Of a stretch of 64,000 nt of DNA, positions 10,183 to 19,748 are shown in pieces. The position numbers and the translations under genes were made by a program. This DNA comes from Candidatus Cloacimonadales bacterium (GTDB taxonomy: Bacteria > Cloacimonadota > Cloacimonadia > Cloacimonadales > JAIOQZ01), in the NCBI GenBank assembly GCA_963665815.1, contig OY762463.1:992001-1056000 (forward strand). Direction: 5' to 3'. Position 1 is the first letter of the stretch; each line of letters opens with the position of its first letter. A model generated the notes under the pieces. The model was not told the origin of the DNA. It worked only from the letters and a program-made list of their open reading frames with translations, and searched no databases.

Positions 10183-13100
10183 ATGAAATATTACTTAACT
10201 CTATTTTTTCTTATTACATGCTTATCTGTTTTTGCAATTTCCTCTACAACTTCAGGGGGAAACTGGGCTGATACCTTAACCTGGGTTGGACACCAGATAC
10301 CCGGAGTGAATGATAATGTTACAATTAATGGACCTGTTCACATAACAGATACAAAAACGGTCGCCTCTCTTTTTATCAGTTCAGGGGGGGGAATAAGAAA
10401 CGGTTCAGGCTATTATGGTGCTATCAAAGTTATGGGTAGCTTCACAAACAATGGATATATTGAAAATCACCCTACAAACTATTCTCTGTCTTTATACACT
10501 TATGGAGATGTGACTAACAACGGGACTTTCAACATCAGCACACATTATATTGAGGGAACAGGATCAAGGAAGTACTATTGTAGTTCATCTCACCCATTAC
10601 AAACATCCTCTGAACATAGAGTTAATGCAATTGTTGACACGATTTTTGCTGAATCAGATTTGTATTTTGCCAGCGGAAAGATAACCGGAGTAAACGGAAA
10701 CGCAGAAATTATGCTTACCAGTCCCACATATGGGACATATAATAATTTACATCTGGATGGAACAAACTTACAAAACACAACTATTTATGGAGCATCTACA
10801 AATAGTATTTATATTACTGTAAATGAAATGTCCTCAGCCATAATTCATGATGTAAATATCTATGGTGAAATTAATATGGTTAACTCTGAATTCCATAATA
10901 TTGTAAATTATGGTACTGTGCATAATAAATCATCGTACTACTATAGTGTTAACATATATGGAAACCTTACTAACTATGGTACTTTCAGGAATAATCCCGG
11001 TGGATACACACTTACAATTAACAACTACGGAAACTTTTATAACTATGGCACAGTCACACCGGGAAGATTTGATTTCTTTGGAGATACTGCACAAACAATT
11101 GATTTTGACAGTGGACACCCAATGAGTGCAGCAACTGTAATAGATCAGGTTGCTTCATCCCCTATTATATCTAACAATGATCTGTACTTTGAGAACAATT
11201 CATATATAGATTTTAACTATGCTCAGTTGGATATTACTGATCCGAATGCTGACCTTTATTTAATTAATTCCGAGTTCAGAGATGCTGACATTCAATCAAC
11301 AATATCAACAGAAATTCATTCCGATGATAACTCAAAACTATACAATTCAGCTTTTACTTCAGCGACTCTCTATGGAGTTCTCAATTTTAACTCACTGACT
11401 CATTTCAATGGAGACATAATTAATAATGGTATTATCCAAAATAAGGACTATTCTTATGATCTTCACTTCCATGGAGATCTGGATAACAACGGCGTTATCA
11501 GGGATAATCCCAATGGTTATGTTCTTACAACATACTTATATGGAAACATTATAAATAGTGGAGAGATTATAAACTACAAGATTTATACAACCGGTACTGA
11601 TACTCAGGATATTACATCATCACTAAACAGTTTATGGAGTACAAATTACTTCTACGATAATGTAGATTCTTCAGCAGTTGTTTTGCAAAGTGATCTATTT
11701 CTTGATCATACTATTACTGACTTGAACTATTCTGATATTGATTTAAACGGTTATAAACTCACATGTAATGGCGGTCAATTGAGAGACCTTCAGATTATTG
11801 GTGGAAATGGTTCGACTTTGCGGATGGATTCTTTAGCTTACGTTCAAACTATGACTGCTGATGATCTTATAACCGAAGGAACAACACTTATTGCCAGTTC
11901 TGTCACAATAGATAACCTGGTCAACAATGGTTTACTATACAATTATAACGGCAATTCTTATACTTTTGTCGTGAATGATGAAATTGTTAATAATGGAACT
12001 ATTGGAACAAATCCTGCCGGCTATACTCTGACAGTTGATCATCATGGTGATCTCAGTAACTATGGTGTATTCAATCCCTACACTTATAATCTTCGCGGAG
12101 CAACTGATCAGGAGATTTTTTCAGATATCGGAACTATTCTTGAGCCGGATTATGTCCATGACAGAGTCTCAACATCAGCAGTAATTATGAACTCAGATTT
12201 AATTTTTGATAATACTTATATTGATTTAAATTATGCTGAACTTGATATGAGTAACTCAGGAGGAAGCGGCTTCACATTGTCATTAATGAATGGATATTGC
12301 AGGGAAATAAATATTGATGGAAATACCGGAGCAACGATATTATCTGACGGAACCGGATACTTCCTTAATATGACGGCCGATACCCTTATTACCGACGGCA
12401 CAATAGAATTCAGCTCAGGTGTTTCTGTTGATAAACTTACTAACAACGGAATATTGCAGAATCAAGGCAGTAACACACAAGAATTTATAGTACATGATGA
12501 ACTGATAAATAATGGGACAATAAGAACAAATCCACAAGGTTATCTTTTCAATATCAGTTTAAGAGGCAACCTGACTAACCATGGAGTAATGGATTTATAT
12601 CAGCTATACCTTAACAGTGCAACTGATCAACATATCTTTGATGATGGTTCAATTGCTGCAGATTACATTACAGATCAGAATGGAGCGTCTAAAGTCATTC
12701 TGGACAGCGATGTAACACTAACAGGTACATACATAGATCTTAACTGGAACGAGCTCGTTTTAGTATCATCTCTGGATAACAATCCGGTTAATCTTACCCT
12801 GGATGGCAATTACATGAAGGAAGCTGTGATAAACGGTACTACAGGCTCTTCATTGACATGTCTCAATGGTAACTATATATACTCTGTTAACGCTGATACT
12901 CTCGATTTTACAGGTAATACTCTTATCCATTCCAGTGTTACAATAGGAGAGCTGATAAACCACGGAACATTTACAAGTGGAACTAACGGAGGTTATACTC
13001 TGGAAGTTGATGGAAATATTACAAATTATGGAACTATGTCGAATTCTACTAATGGTCATCCATTAACAGTAAACCTGGATGGTAATATCTACAACGAAGG

Positions 13101-14073
13101 TGTAATGGATTTCTATGCTCTCAACCTTAATGGAGATGATCAGCATTTTGATTTCAATACTGATAACAATGATATCACTCTCAACTATCTGACGAAAAAT
13201 GGAACGGGAAATGTTTATTTCGACAGTAATCTTTTTGTTAACGGAGCAGTAACCGATTTCAACAACCATGATATTCATCTATATAATGGAACTGCTCCAA
13301 AACTGTATAAGCTTTCAGGCGGCTACTTTAAGGAAACAACAGTCAGGACTATCGATGGTTCTTCTGTAGAGATGGAGAATAATGCTTACGCCACAACCGT
13401 AACATTCGAGGATATAGATTTATACGGCACAGTTGAAGTCAGATCAGGAGTGACATTCAATAAAGTTGATAATCATGGAACACTAGGCGCGTATTATGCT
13501 GAACTGATTGTAAACGGTCCAATGATGAATTATGGAGTTATTGATCATCCTTCATATTCTTTTAATGCGAAATTCTATAGTGATTTTATTAATCTTGGCA
13601 GCATTCATATCTATCAACTTGAGTTCAGAGGTACTGATGATGTTCATATAAATTTTGATGGAGTTCAGGATGTTTATTCTACATCAATATACTCAGGAAT
13701 AGGAAATGTTCAATGGAATAATGACAATGCCTATACCGGTTTGTATGATGATGTTTTAGTGATTTATCCGAATAATCCTTCTTATGCAGGTTACTATCAG
13801 GCAGGTACAGGAAGAAAATTTTATATTACAATGGATCTAATGGAAACAAGTGTACAGAATGTACAGATAACTGCTGATAATGGCAATGTGCAGTTAATCT
13901 GGGATGAGATCCCCGGTGTTCTGACATATAACATATACGAAACCAATTCAGAAGGAACGGTCACTAATCCTGTTCATTCAGTTGATGATGATAACATTGG
14001 CAACGGTACAGTCACAACCCAGTTCACTGATTCAGATGAGAGGAAATTCTATCTTGTGAAAGCTGAGAACTAA
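10183..14073 (+). CDS. Large secreted Asn/Gly-rich beta-solenoid repeat protein (about seven repeats) with a C-terminal Fn3-like/sorting-like domain
   Basis: Signal peptide; SGGNW..TW...P..D.V.I N-terminal motif; repeated NNG.I..NP.GY.L....G.L.NYG; ends ERKFYLVKAEN. Confidence 0.8.
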   Translation: MKYYLTLFFLITCLSVFAISSTTSGGNWADTLTWVGHQIPGVNDNVTINGPVHITDTKTVASLFISSGGGIRNGSGYYGAIKVMGSFTNNGYIENHPTNYSLSLYTYGDVTNNGTFNISTHYIEGTGSRKYYCSSSHPLQTSSEHRVNAIVDTIFAESDLYFASGKITGVNGNAEIMLTSPTYGTYNNLHLDGTNLQNTTIYGASTNSIYITVNEMSSAIIHDVNIYGEINMVNSEFHNIVNYGTVHNKSSYYYSVNIYGNLTNYGTFRNNPGGYTLTINNYGNFYNYGTVTPGRFDFFGDTAQTIDFDSGHPMSAATVIDQVASSPIISNNDLYFENNSYIDFNYAQLDITDPNADLYLINSEFRDADIQSTISTEIHSDDNSKLYNSAFTSATLYGVLNFNSLTHFNGDIINNGIIQNKDYSYDLHFHGDLDNNGVIRDNPNGYVLTTYLYGNIINSGEIINYKIYTTGTDTQDITSSLNSLWSTNYFYDNVDSSAVVLQSDLFLDHTITDLNYSDIDLNGYKLTCNGGQLRDLQIIGGNGSTLRMDSLAYVQTMTADDLITEGTTLIASSVTIDNLVNNGLLYNYNGNSYTFVVNDEIVNNGTIGTNPAGYTLTVDHHGDLSNYGVFNPYTYNLRGATDQEIFSDIGTILEPDYVHDRVSTSAVIMNSDLIFDNTYIDLNYAELDMSNSGGSGFTLSLMNGYCREINIDGNTGATILSDGTGYFLNMTADTLITDGTIEFSSGVSVDKLTNNGILQNQGSNTQEFIVHDELINNGTIRTNPQGYLFNISLRGNLTNHGVMDLYQLYLNSATDQHIFDDGSIAADYITDQNGASKVILDSDVTLTGTYIDLNWNELVLVSSLDNNPVNLTLDGNYMKEAVINGTTGSSLTCLNGNYIYSVNADTLDFTGNTLIHSSVTIGELINHGTFTSGTNGGYTLEVDGNITNYGTMSNSTNGHPLTVNLDGNIYNEGVMDFYALNLNGDDQHFDFNTDNNDITLNYLTKNGTGNVYFDSNLFVNGAVTDFNNHDIHLYNGTAPKLYKLSGGYFKETTVRTIDGSSVEMENNAYATTVTFEDIDLYGTVEVRSGVTFNKVDNHGTLGAYYAELIVNGPMMNYGVIDHPSYSFNAKFYSDFINLGSIHIYQLEFRGTDDVHINFDGVQDVYSTSIYSGIGNVQWNNDNAYTGLYDDVLVIYPNNPSYAGYYQAGTGRKFYITMDLMETSVQNVQITADNGNVQLIWDEIPGVLTYNIYETNSEGTVTNPVHSVDDDNIGNGTVTTQFTDSDERKFYLVKAEN

Positions 14074-14097
14074 CAACTGATAAATTCCTAAATTTTT

Positions 14098-14129
14098 AAC
14101 AGGCATTGTTTTAAGCGATGCCTGTTTTT
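14098..14129 (+). terminator. Intrinsic terminator
   Basis: AACAGGCATTG...CGATGCCTGTT followed by a T tract. Confidence 0.75.
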
Positions 14130-14194
14130 ATATTAAAAGTCCCTGAAAATTCTTGTGACACAGAATAAATGGAAGAGGGTAGGTGACCTTTCCC

Positions 14195-14497
14195 CTAAAA
14201 TTGTACCATTCTGAAGTTTAGTAAATTTAGGTTATCTTTTGCTATCCAGTTTTGCAGGTTGTCTACACATACATCCGAGATATCGTAAGAATAAACATTC
14301 TAACCTAACTTGGAGAAGACTACACTCCAATGACCTCCACCAAAACCAAAATCCAGGATGTTTACAATGTTCCATTGTTTCAACTTATCTGTGAAGCTGC
14401 TCCAATCCTTTTTTGAAAGCATCTCGAAATCCATCTGAGAATTCTCAAATACTGTATTCCAGCAGTTTTTGCTGATTCCAGTCAAATCCAGACTCAT
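14195..14497 (-). pseudogene. Class I SAM methyltransferase, N-terminal fragment with in-frame TAG
   Basis: Motif I ILDFGFGGG; after TAG (14300-14302) the frame continues NVYSYDIS (motif II) and stops at 14195. Confidence 0.7.
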
Positions 14498-14632
14498 GAG
14501 TGTCTACCCCATATCATGCAATAATTTATTGTCACTAAATAGGGACTATTATGTATGATTTCATTTTCACAAGTCAAGAGATATAGATCAGCAATAAAGA
14601 TTTTTTCAGAATCTTGCAGAAATAGTAAGAGT

Positions 14633-15502
14633 CTATGAACTTGATAAAATGTTCATGGTTAACAGCAATTCTCTCAATATCTTGGCTGCGAAAATTGTGG
14701 AGACTTTGGTAGTGTCAATCTCCGGAGCTAATTCTACAACATCTGCTCCAATGATATTGACTTTTCTCTCAATCAATTTATCTAACAAATCCAGAAAATC
14801 ATTATATCTTTTTCCACCGGGTTCCGGAGTACCTGTTCCTGAAAAATATCCGGGATCAAAGAAATCTACATCTATAGTCAGATATACATTTTCCCCTTCC
14901 TTAATAATATCGTCTAATTCGGCAACATCATCTACAGGGTAAATTCTGTTATCATGCTTTCGCAGTAGGTATTCCTCTCTCGTCCCGGAACGTATCCCCC
15001 ATTGTATAAGCTTATTCAAACCTGAATCCAGACAAAGTTTCATCACTGAGGCATGGCTCAGGGAATCACCGGCATAAGCATCTCGCAGATCAGCATGAGC
15101 ATCCAACTGAATGACTGTGATATTCTCATATTTTTCTTTGTGGGACAAATAGACTGGATAAGTAATAAGATGTTCACCACCAACCACCAACACACGCTTA
15201 TCAAACTCAAGAATTGCTGAAATCTCATTTCTTACGGTTTCAACCATTAATGCGGGATTTCCAACCATAACCGGAAGATCACCGATATCCGAAAACCGTA
15301 CATCTTCCAGTCCAAGTCCGAAGTGAAAAGAAAAATCTTCTATACCTTCCCAGGCATAGTTACGGATTTCTCTCATGGCAAAACGGGAACCTGATCTAAA
15401 TGATGAAGTGCAATCATAAGGCAATCCAAGTAAAATTATATCTGATTCATTAAAATTATCTTTTGATCCTATAAATCTGGCAATTTCAGTTCTGTGATTC
15501 AT
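14633..15502 (-). CDS. speB: Agmatinase (ureohydrolase)
   Basis: GGEH, DAHADL, SHAS, DVDFFDP, GTGTPEPGG. Confidence 0.92.
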   Translation of the reverse strand: MNHRTEIARFIGSKDNFNESDIILLGLPYDCTSSFRSGSRFAMREIRNYAWEGIEDFSFHFGLGLEDVRFSDIGDLPVMVGNPALMVETVRNEISAILEFDKRVLVVGGEHLITYPVYLSHKEKYENITVIQLDAHADLRDAYAGDSLSHASVMKLCLDSGLNKLIQWGIRSGTREEYLLRKHDNRIYPVDDVAELDDIIKEGENVYLTIDVDFFDPGYFSGTGTPEPGGKRYNDFLDLLDKLIERKVNIIGADVVELAPEIDTTKVSTIFAAKILRELLLTMNILSSS

Positions 15503-16338
15503 TATTCTGTTCCTGTAATTCTTTTTAGGAAATTAGGAATGGCAAAGCATCCCGAATGTAGATCTTCATTATAATATCTGCATGATTCTGAGATAAGAAC
15601 TGCTCGCTCTGCATCGAAATCCATTGGATCATGAACATTCGACATGTATGCAAAAGTCCAGAAACCGGATGGATATAGCGGAATAAAAGCTGAATATGAT
15701 TTTGTTATATCGAAGACTGAAGAGATCTCTTTGTAGTGATCTTTCATCACATCTTCATAATACCAGGGGGACTCAGATTGAGAAACAGCAATTCCGTCTG
15801 GTTTCAGCGCTTTTCTGATCAGCTCAAAATACTTTCTTTTGAACAGTTCCACACCAGGTCCGATTGGATCACTTGAGTCAGTCAGGATTACATCAAAATA
15901 GTTTTCATACTGATCCAGATATTTGAATCCATCTTCGAAAACTACTTTTACTCTGTCATCAACAAGACTACCTGAAACAGAGGGTATTAAATCTTTACAA
16001 GCTTTCACGACTAATTCATCTATTTCGCATAATACGACTTCCTTGACACTGTTATACTTCAGAGTTTCACGAACTGCACCACCATCTCCACCGCCGATAA
16101 TTAATACTCTTTCAGGATTTGGATGTGAACACATTGGCACATGGACTATCATTTCATGATATACAAACTCATCTTTTTCGGAAAGCATAACAAGACCATC
16201 CAGGGTCAGAAGTTTACCAAAAAACTCTGTTTCATATATTTCGACTAATTGAAATTTACTTTGTTCTTCAAAAACTTTTTCTTTAACCTTAATTCCCAAT
16301 GACGCTCTATTATCATAATTCTCGATGAACCACATCAT
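15502..16338 (-). CDS. speE: Polyamine aminopropyltransferase (spermidine synthase)
   Basis: LDG..M....DEFVYHEM, IGGGDGG, CEID, DSSDP, YPSG.W; GGAG RBS before ATG 16338. Confidence 0.95.
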   Translation of the reverse strand: MMWFIENYDNRASLGIKVKEKVFEEQSKFQLVEIYETEFFGKLLTLDGLVMLSEKDEFVYHEMIVHVPMCSHPNPERVLIIGGGDGGAVRETLKYNSVKEVVLCEIDELVVKACKDLIPSVSGSLVDDRVKVVFEDGFKYLDQYENYFDVILTDSSDPIGPGVELFKRKYFELIRKALKPDGIAVSQSESPWYYEDVMKDHYKEISSVFDITKSYSAFIPLYPSGFWTFAYMSNVHDPMDFDAERAVLISESCRYYNEDLHSGCFAIPNFLKRITGTE

Positions 16339-16828
16339 ATTCTCCGGCAACTTCTTTGTAGTTTAAGACTACTCCAGCAAAAACTGTCGCACATTCCTTT
16401 ACTGTAGTTTCAATACCTTCACTTCTTACAGAATACTCATCAATCCCTCTCATTGCCATAGCTTCTGAAGCCATTCTTCTTACTCTTGCCTCAACATATT
16501 CCAATGGTTGTGAATTAGAATATTCCATAATTACGCCATTTAAGTCTCTGTTATCAGGAATAGCAATAGCTACGGCAGCGCTTATGACTTCGTTTTTGGT
16601 TTCCGAGCTTTTTGCAGCATAGGCAATTGGAATAAATGACCCGGGAGTTAAATCTAAAGGTGAAACTTCTCTGCATTGAGGAGGAAGAATGCTGCTTAAT
16701 TTAATAAGATTTGTGTTACCAATACCTGATGCTAATAAAGCTCCATCGAAAGAAGTTAACTGGGAATTGCCTTCACTGGAACCTGAGCATATAAAAAATA
16801 TATCCGGATTTTTATCAAAAAGAAACAT
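16313..16828 (-). CDS. pdaD: Pyruvoyl-dependent arginine decarboxylase
   Basis: SFDGALL.SGIGN.NLIKLSSILPP self-cleavage motif; GVIMEY. Confidence 0.9.
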   Translation of the reverse strand: MFLFDKNPDIFFICSGSSEGNSQLTSFDGALLASGIGNTNLIKLSSILPPQCREVSPLDLTPGSFIPIAYAAKSSETKNEVISAAVAIAIPDNRDLNGVIMEYSNSQPLEYVEARVRRMASEAMAMRGIDEYSVRSEGIETTVKECATVFAGVVLNYKEVAGEYDVVHREL

Positions 16829-16841
16829 TGTATATTACCTC

Positions 16842-17222
16842 TTACTTATTCTTTTTCTTAGTCGATTTGACTTCACTTAATATTCCTCGATCCAGTTCTT
16901 TAACAACTTCTTTATCGGCATGGAATATGTCTTTTAACATCTTAAAAGCCAGCATAGGACTTACGTTATCTCCGCACGTAAAAAAGTCCATAGCTGCATA
17001 GCCCAATTCAGGCCAGGTATGAATTGTGAAATGTGATTCGGCAATTACTATTGCTCCACTCACCCCCTGAGGTGCAAATTTGTGGAAAACTATACCAACT
17101 ATTGTTGCTCCGCATTTTTCTGCAGCAACAACCATCGCTTCACGGATTCTTTCTTTGTCGTTAAGAATCTGCTCATCGCAACCATAAAGTTCGACTATAA
17201 GATGTCGACCAAGTTTTTTCAT
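16842..17222 (-). CDS. speD: S-adenosylmethionine decarboxylase proenzyme
   Basis: LGRHL, HKFAPQGVS, IAESH, HTWPE, DFFTCG. Confidence 0.95.
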   Translation of the reverse strand: MKKLGRHLIVELYGCDEQILNDKERIREAMVVAAEKCGATIVGIVFHKFAPQGVSGAIVIAESHFTIHTWPELGYAAMDFFTCGDNVSPMLAFKMLKDIFHADKEVVKELDRGILSEVKSTKKKNK

Positions 17223-17761
17223 CGTTACTCCTTGATATTAATGACCATGAATAAAAAATCTTGTGCAGAACTTTTATCAGGTGAGACATAAATTTTCCAA
17301 GTGTATTTTTCTAACAAGAAATTTTGTTACAAACTTGCATAAACTTGGTTTCACCATGAAAACTATATAAGCTAAATCGTTATTTTACAAATATTTTCTG
17401 GAATTACTATTTTCGATTAAAATGTGGTCTTTTTATGCTGTAAATGAGGGTTCCAGAATGTTAGTTCTATTTTATTATCCGAAATTTTGGGAAGGATTTT
17501 ATTCTTAAGAGTTCTGTACAGACAGTTCAGAAGTAAAAATGATAATTTAAACTTATTCACAGGAAGTCTTCGTCATTTTAAGACTGAAATCACAGATTTT
17601 TTTTTTCGTAACTACCCCGAGAAACAAAAAATATACTTTTGCTTTAGCCAACCTATATATTTTTTTTAATGTATTAAGTTCCGATATCAACGAAGTTCAA
17701 TTATAAAAAAACATTTACAAGTTATCTTTTGAATGCTAATTATGCAAAAAGGAGAATGAAA

Positions 17762-18976
17762 ATGAGAAAACGAATTATCACTTTAGTTATGGTATGTATT
17801 TTTTCAGCAATGATTTTGCAGTCTTTATTTGCATCTGAAGGTGTTGTTTTTAATGAGAATTTTGATAACAACAACAATGAGTGGATTGTAGGAGATTATG
17901 ACAATTACAACACTAAAATTGAAAATGGGAAAATGATCTTTTCATACAAACTTGATAGAGAGACCGGCTATAACTGGCAAAAAACTAATTTGGATGGTGA
18001 TAAACCTTATACTATCGAAACATCTATTCAGCAAACAAGTGGAGTACAAAACTATGGACATGGAATAGTTTGGGGAATAAAAAATCTAGATAACTTTTTT
18101 TCATTCACAGTTACAAATAATGGATATTACCGTATTGCAAAAATGGAAAACAAAGTATTTAGCCCGTACTACACAGGATGGACAAAAACAAGTTTTTTGA
18201 AATCAGGAAAACCAAATAAACTGAAAATTGTAAATGATGGTGATCATATAAAGTTTTATATTAATGATAATTTTCAAAATGAAATTAAAGCAACAGAAGT
18301 GTTTGGAGGTGGTGTAGGATATATGATTTCACGAAAACATGCAATTGAAATTGATTACTTGACCGTCAATGGAGAAACAACTGATGAACCTGTAATGTTC
18401 TCAATGAAAGAAGAGTTTGATAATAATGACAACAAATGGTTAACAAGAGATGATGAATCTGTTACATTGAGTGTTAAAGATGGAAATTATGTGTTGCAAA
18501 ATAAAACTGAAGATAAAGGCTTTTTTACCTGGAGTAATTTTAAAGTCTCTGAGAACAAGCCATTTACAATAGAAACAACCATAAAACATCAAAATAGTGA
18601 ATCAGTTTTTGCTTATGGACTTATCTGGGGAATTAGCGATGTGGCAAATTTATATACATTTAATATTTCAAACAACGGATATTACAGAGTTGGCAGAATC
18701 AAAGACAATGTTTGGCATGGATATTTCGATTGGACTGAATCAAAACATATATACAAAAATGGGAAAAGTAACAAACTTACAATTAAGAAGGTAGATAATA
18801 AACTCAAGTTTTATATTAATGATAATTTTGTTAACCAGATTAATTTTGAAAACTTCTTTGATAGAGGTTTCGGTTTTGCATTTTGGAATAAACAAAAAAT
18901 AGAAGTTGAAAACATGGTAATTAGAGGAAAAGAAAAAATGTCTGTTTATGATGACATTATGGAAATGTTTCAATAA
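17762..18976 (+). CDS. Secreted protein with two tandem lectin-like beta-sandwich domains
   Basis: Signal peptide; duplicated E.FDNN.N.W ... G.IWG ... NNGYYR ... NKL.I ... KFYIND. Confidence 0.7.
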   Translation: MRKRIITLVMVCIFSAMILQSLFASEGVVFNENFDNNNNEWIVGDYDNYNTKIENGKMIFSYKLDRETGYNWQKTNLDGDKPYTIETSIQQTSGVQNYGHGIVWGIKNLDNFFSFTVTNNGYYRIAKMENKVFSPYYTGWTKTSFLKSGKPNKLKIVNDGDHIKFYINDNFQNEIKATEVFGGGVGYMISRKHAIEIDYLTVNGETTDEPVMFSMKEEFDNNDNKWLTRDDESVTLSVKDGNYVLQNKTEDKGFFTWSNFKVSENKPFTIETTIKHQNSESVFAYGLIWGISDVANLYTFNISNNGYYRVGRIKDNVWHGYFDWTESKHIYKNGKSNKLTIKKVDNKLKFYINDNFVNQINFENFFDRGFGFAFWNKQKIEVENMVIRGKEKMSVYDDIMEMFQ

Positions 18977-19165
18977 TATTTGAAATATGAGGTTTACACT
19001 GTCCCTATTGTCAAGACCATATTTACTCATTCGAAGCCTATCACCTTTAATGAATTTAGCTGAACTCAGTAGGCTTGCATATCTTAGTATATCTATAAGT
19101 TAAGTTGGTTGAATTCCCTGGAAGTAGAAGTTCAAGAAATGGAGTTATTGCAGTAGAAGCATAAC

Positions 19166-19489
19166 TCACTTCATTAGCCACAAAGATCTTCTTCCTCTTT
19201 TTGATACGTTGAAAGAAGATATTTCAAAATCTTCAAATAGTTCTTTGATTTCATCATTCTTGTAGTATTTACAGATTAGTCCTTTGTTTGAACCCTCAGT
19301 AAACAGCTTTAAACCATTTTCAAGTTCTTCGAATGAATCCAAATCTGTATCATCAGAATCAAAAGATAGAAACACTACTCCGTTATCATTAAGCTTGTGA
19401 TAAAACATATTAATTGTTCTGTCTAACACTTGTTTTGGTAAGTGGTCAAGCACTGAGTTGCAAAAAATTAAATCAAACTCATGAGTCAT
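19166..19489 (-). pseudogene. Class I SAM methyltransferase, C-terminal fragment
   Basis: FDLIFCNSVLDH and KLNDNGVVFLS motifs; SAM-binding motif I absent; frame closed just upstream. Confidence 0.65.
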
Positions 19490-19748
19490 ACTCCAAGTTT
19501 GTCGTAATTTGAACTAGTAAGAATAGTATATTATATATGTTTTTACTTTCATAGGCCAAGAGATATTCTACAATAAGCAAAAACATTCAATCGTGAAAAC
19601 ACTCTCTTTTCAAAACCCAATCGCATTCATTCAAATCAGGCTTTTGAATAGCTACAGGGATTTTCCTTTCAGCAGTCTCAAAAAAGTCTCTCAATTATAT
19701 GCTTCATCTTAGAGTTCTCTTGCACATTAAAGGGATGTCATTAAGACA

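Noticed and set aside
2589-14073. Diversity-generating retroelement or recent duplication in the giant proteins
   Set aside because: Repeats are diverged at all positions; no reverse transcriptase or adenine-specific TR/VR pair seen
14300-14302. In-frame TAG as pyrrolysine or readthrough
   Set aside because: Readthrough still gives a truncated protein stopping at 14195; no pyl genes seen
17223-17760. Riboswitch upstream of speD
   Set aside because: No SAM-I or other recognisable aptamer core; AT-rich divergent promoter region
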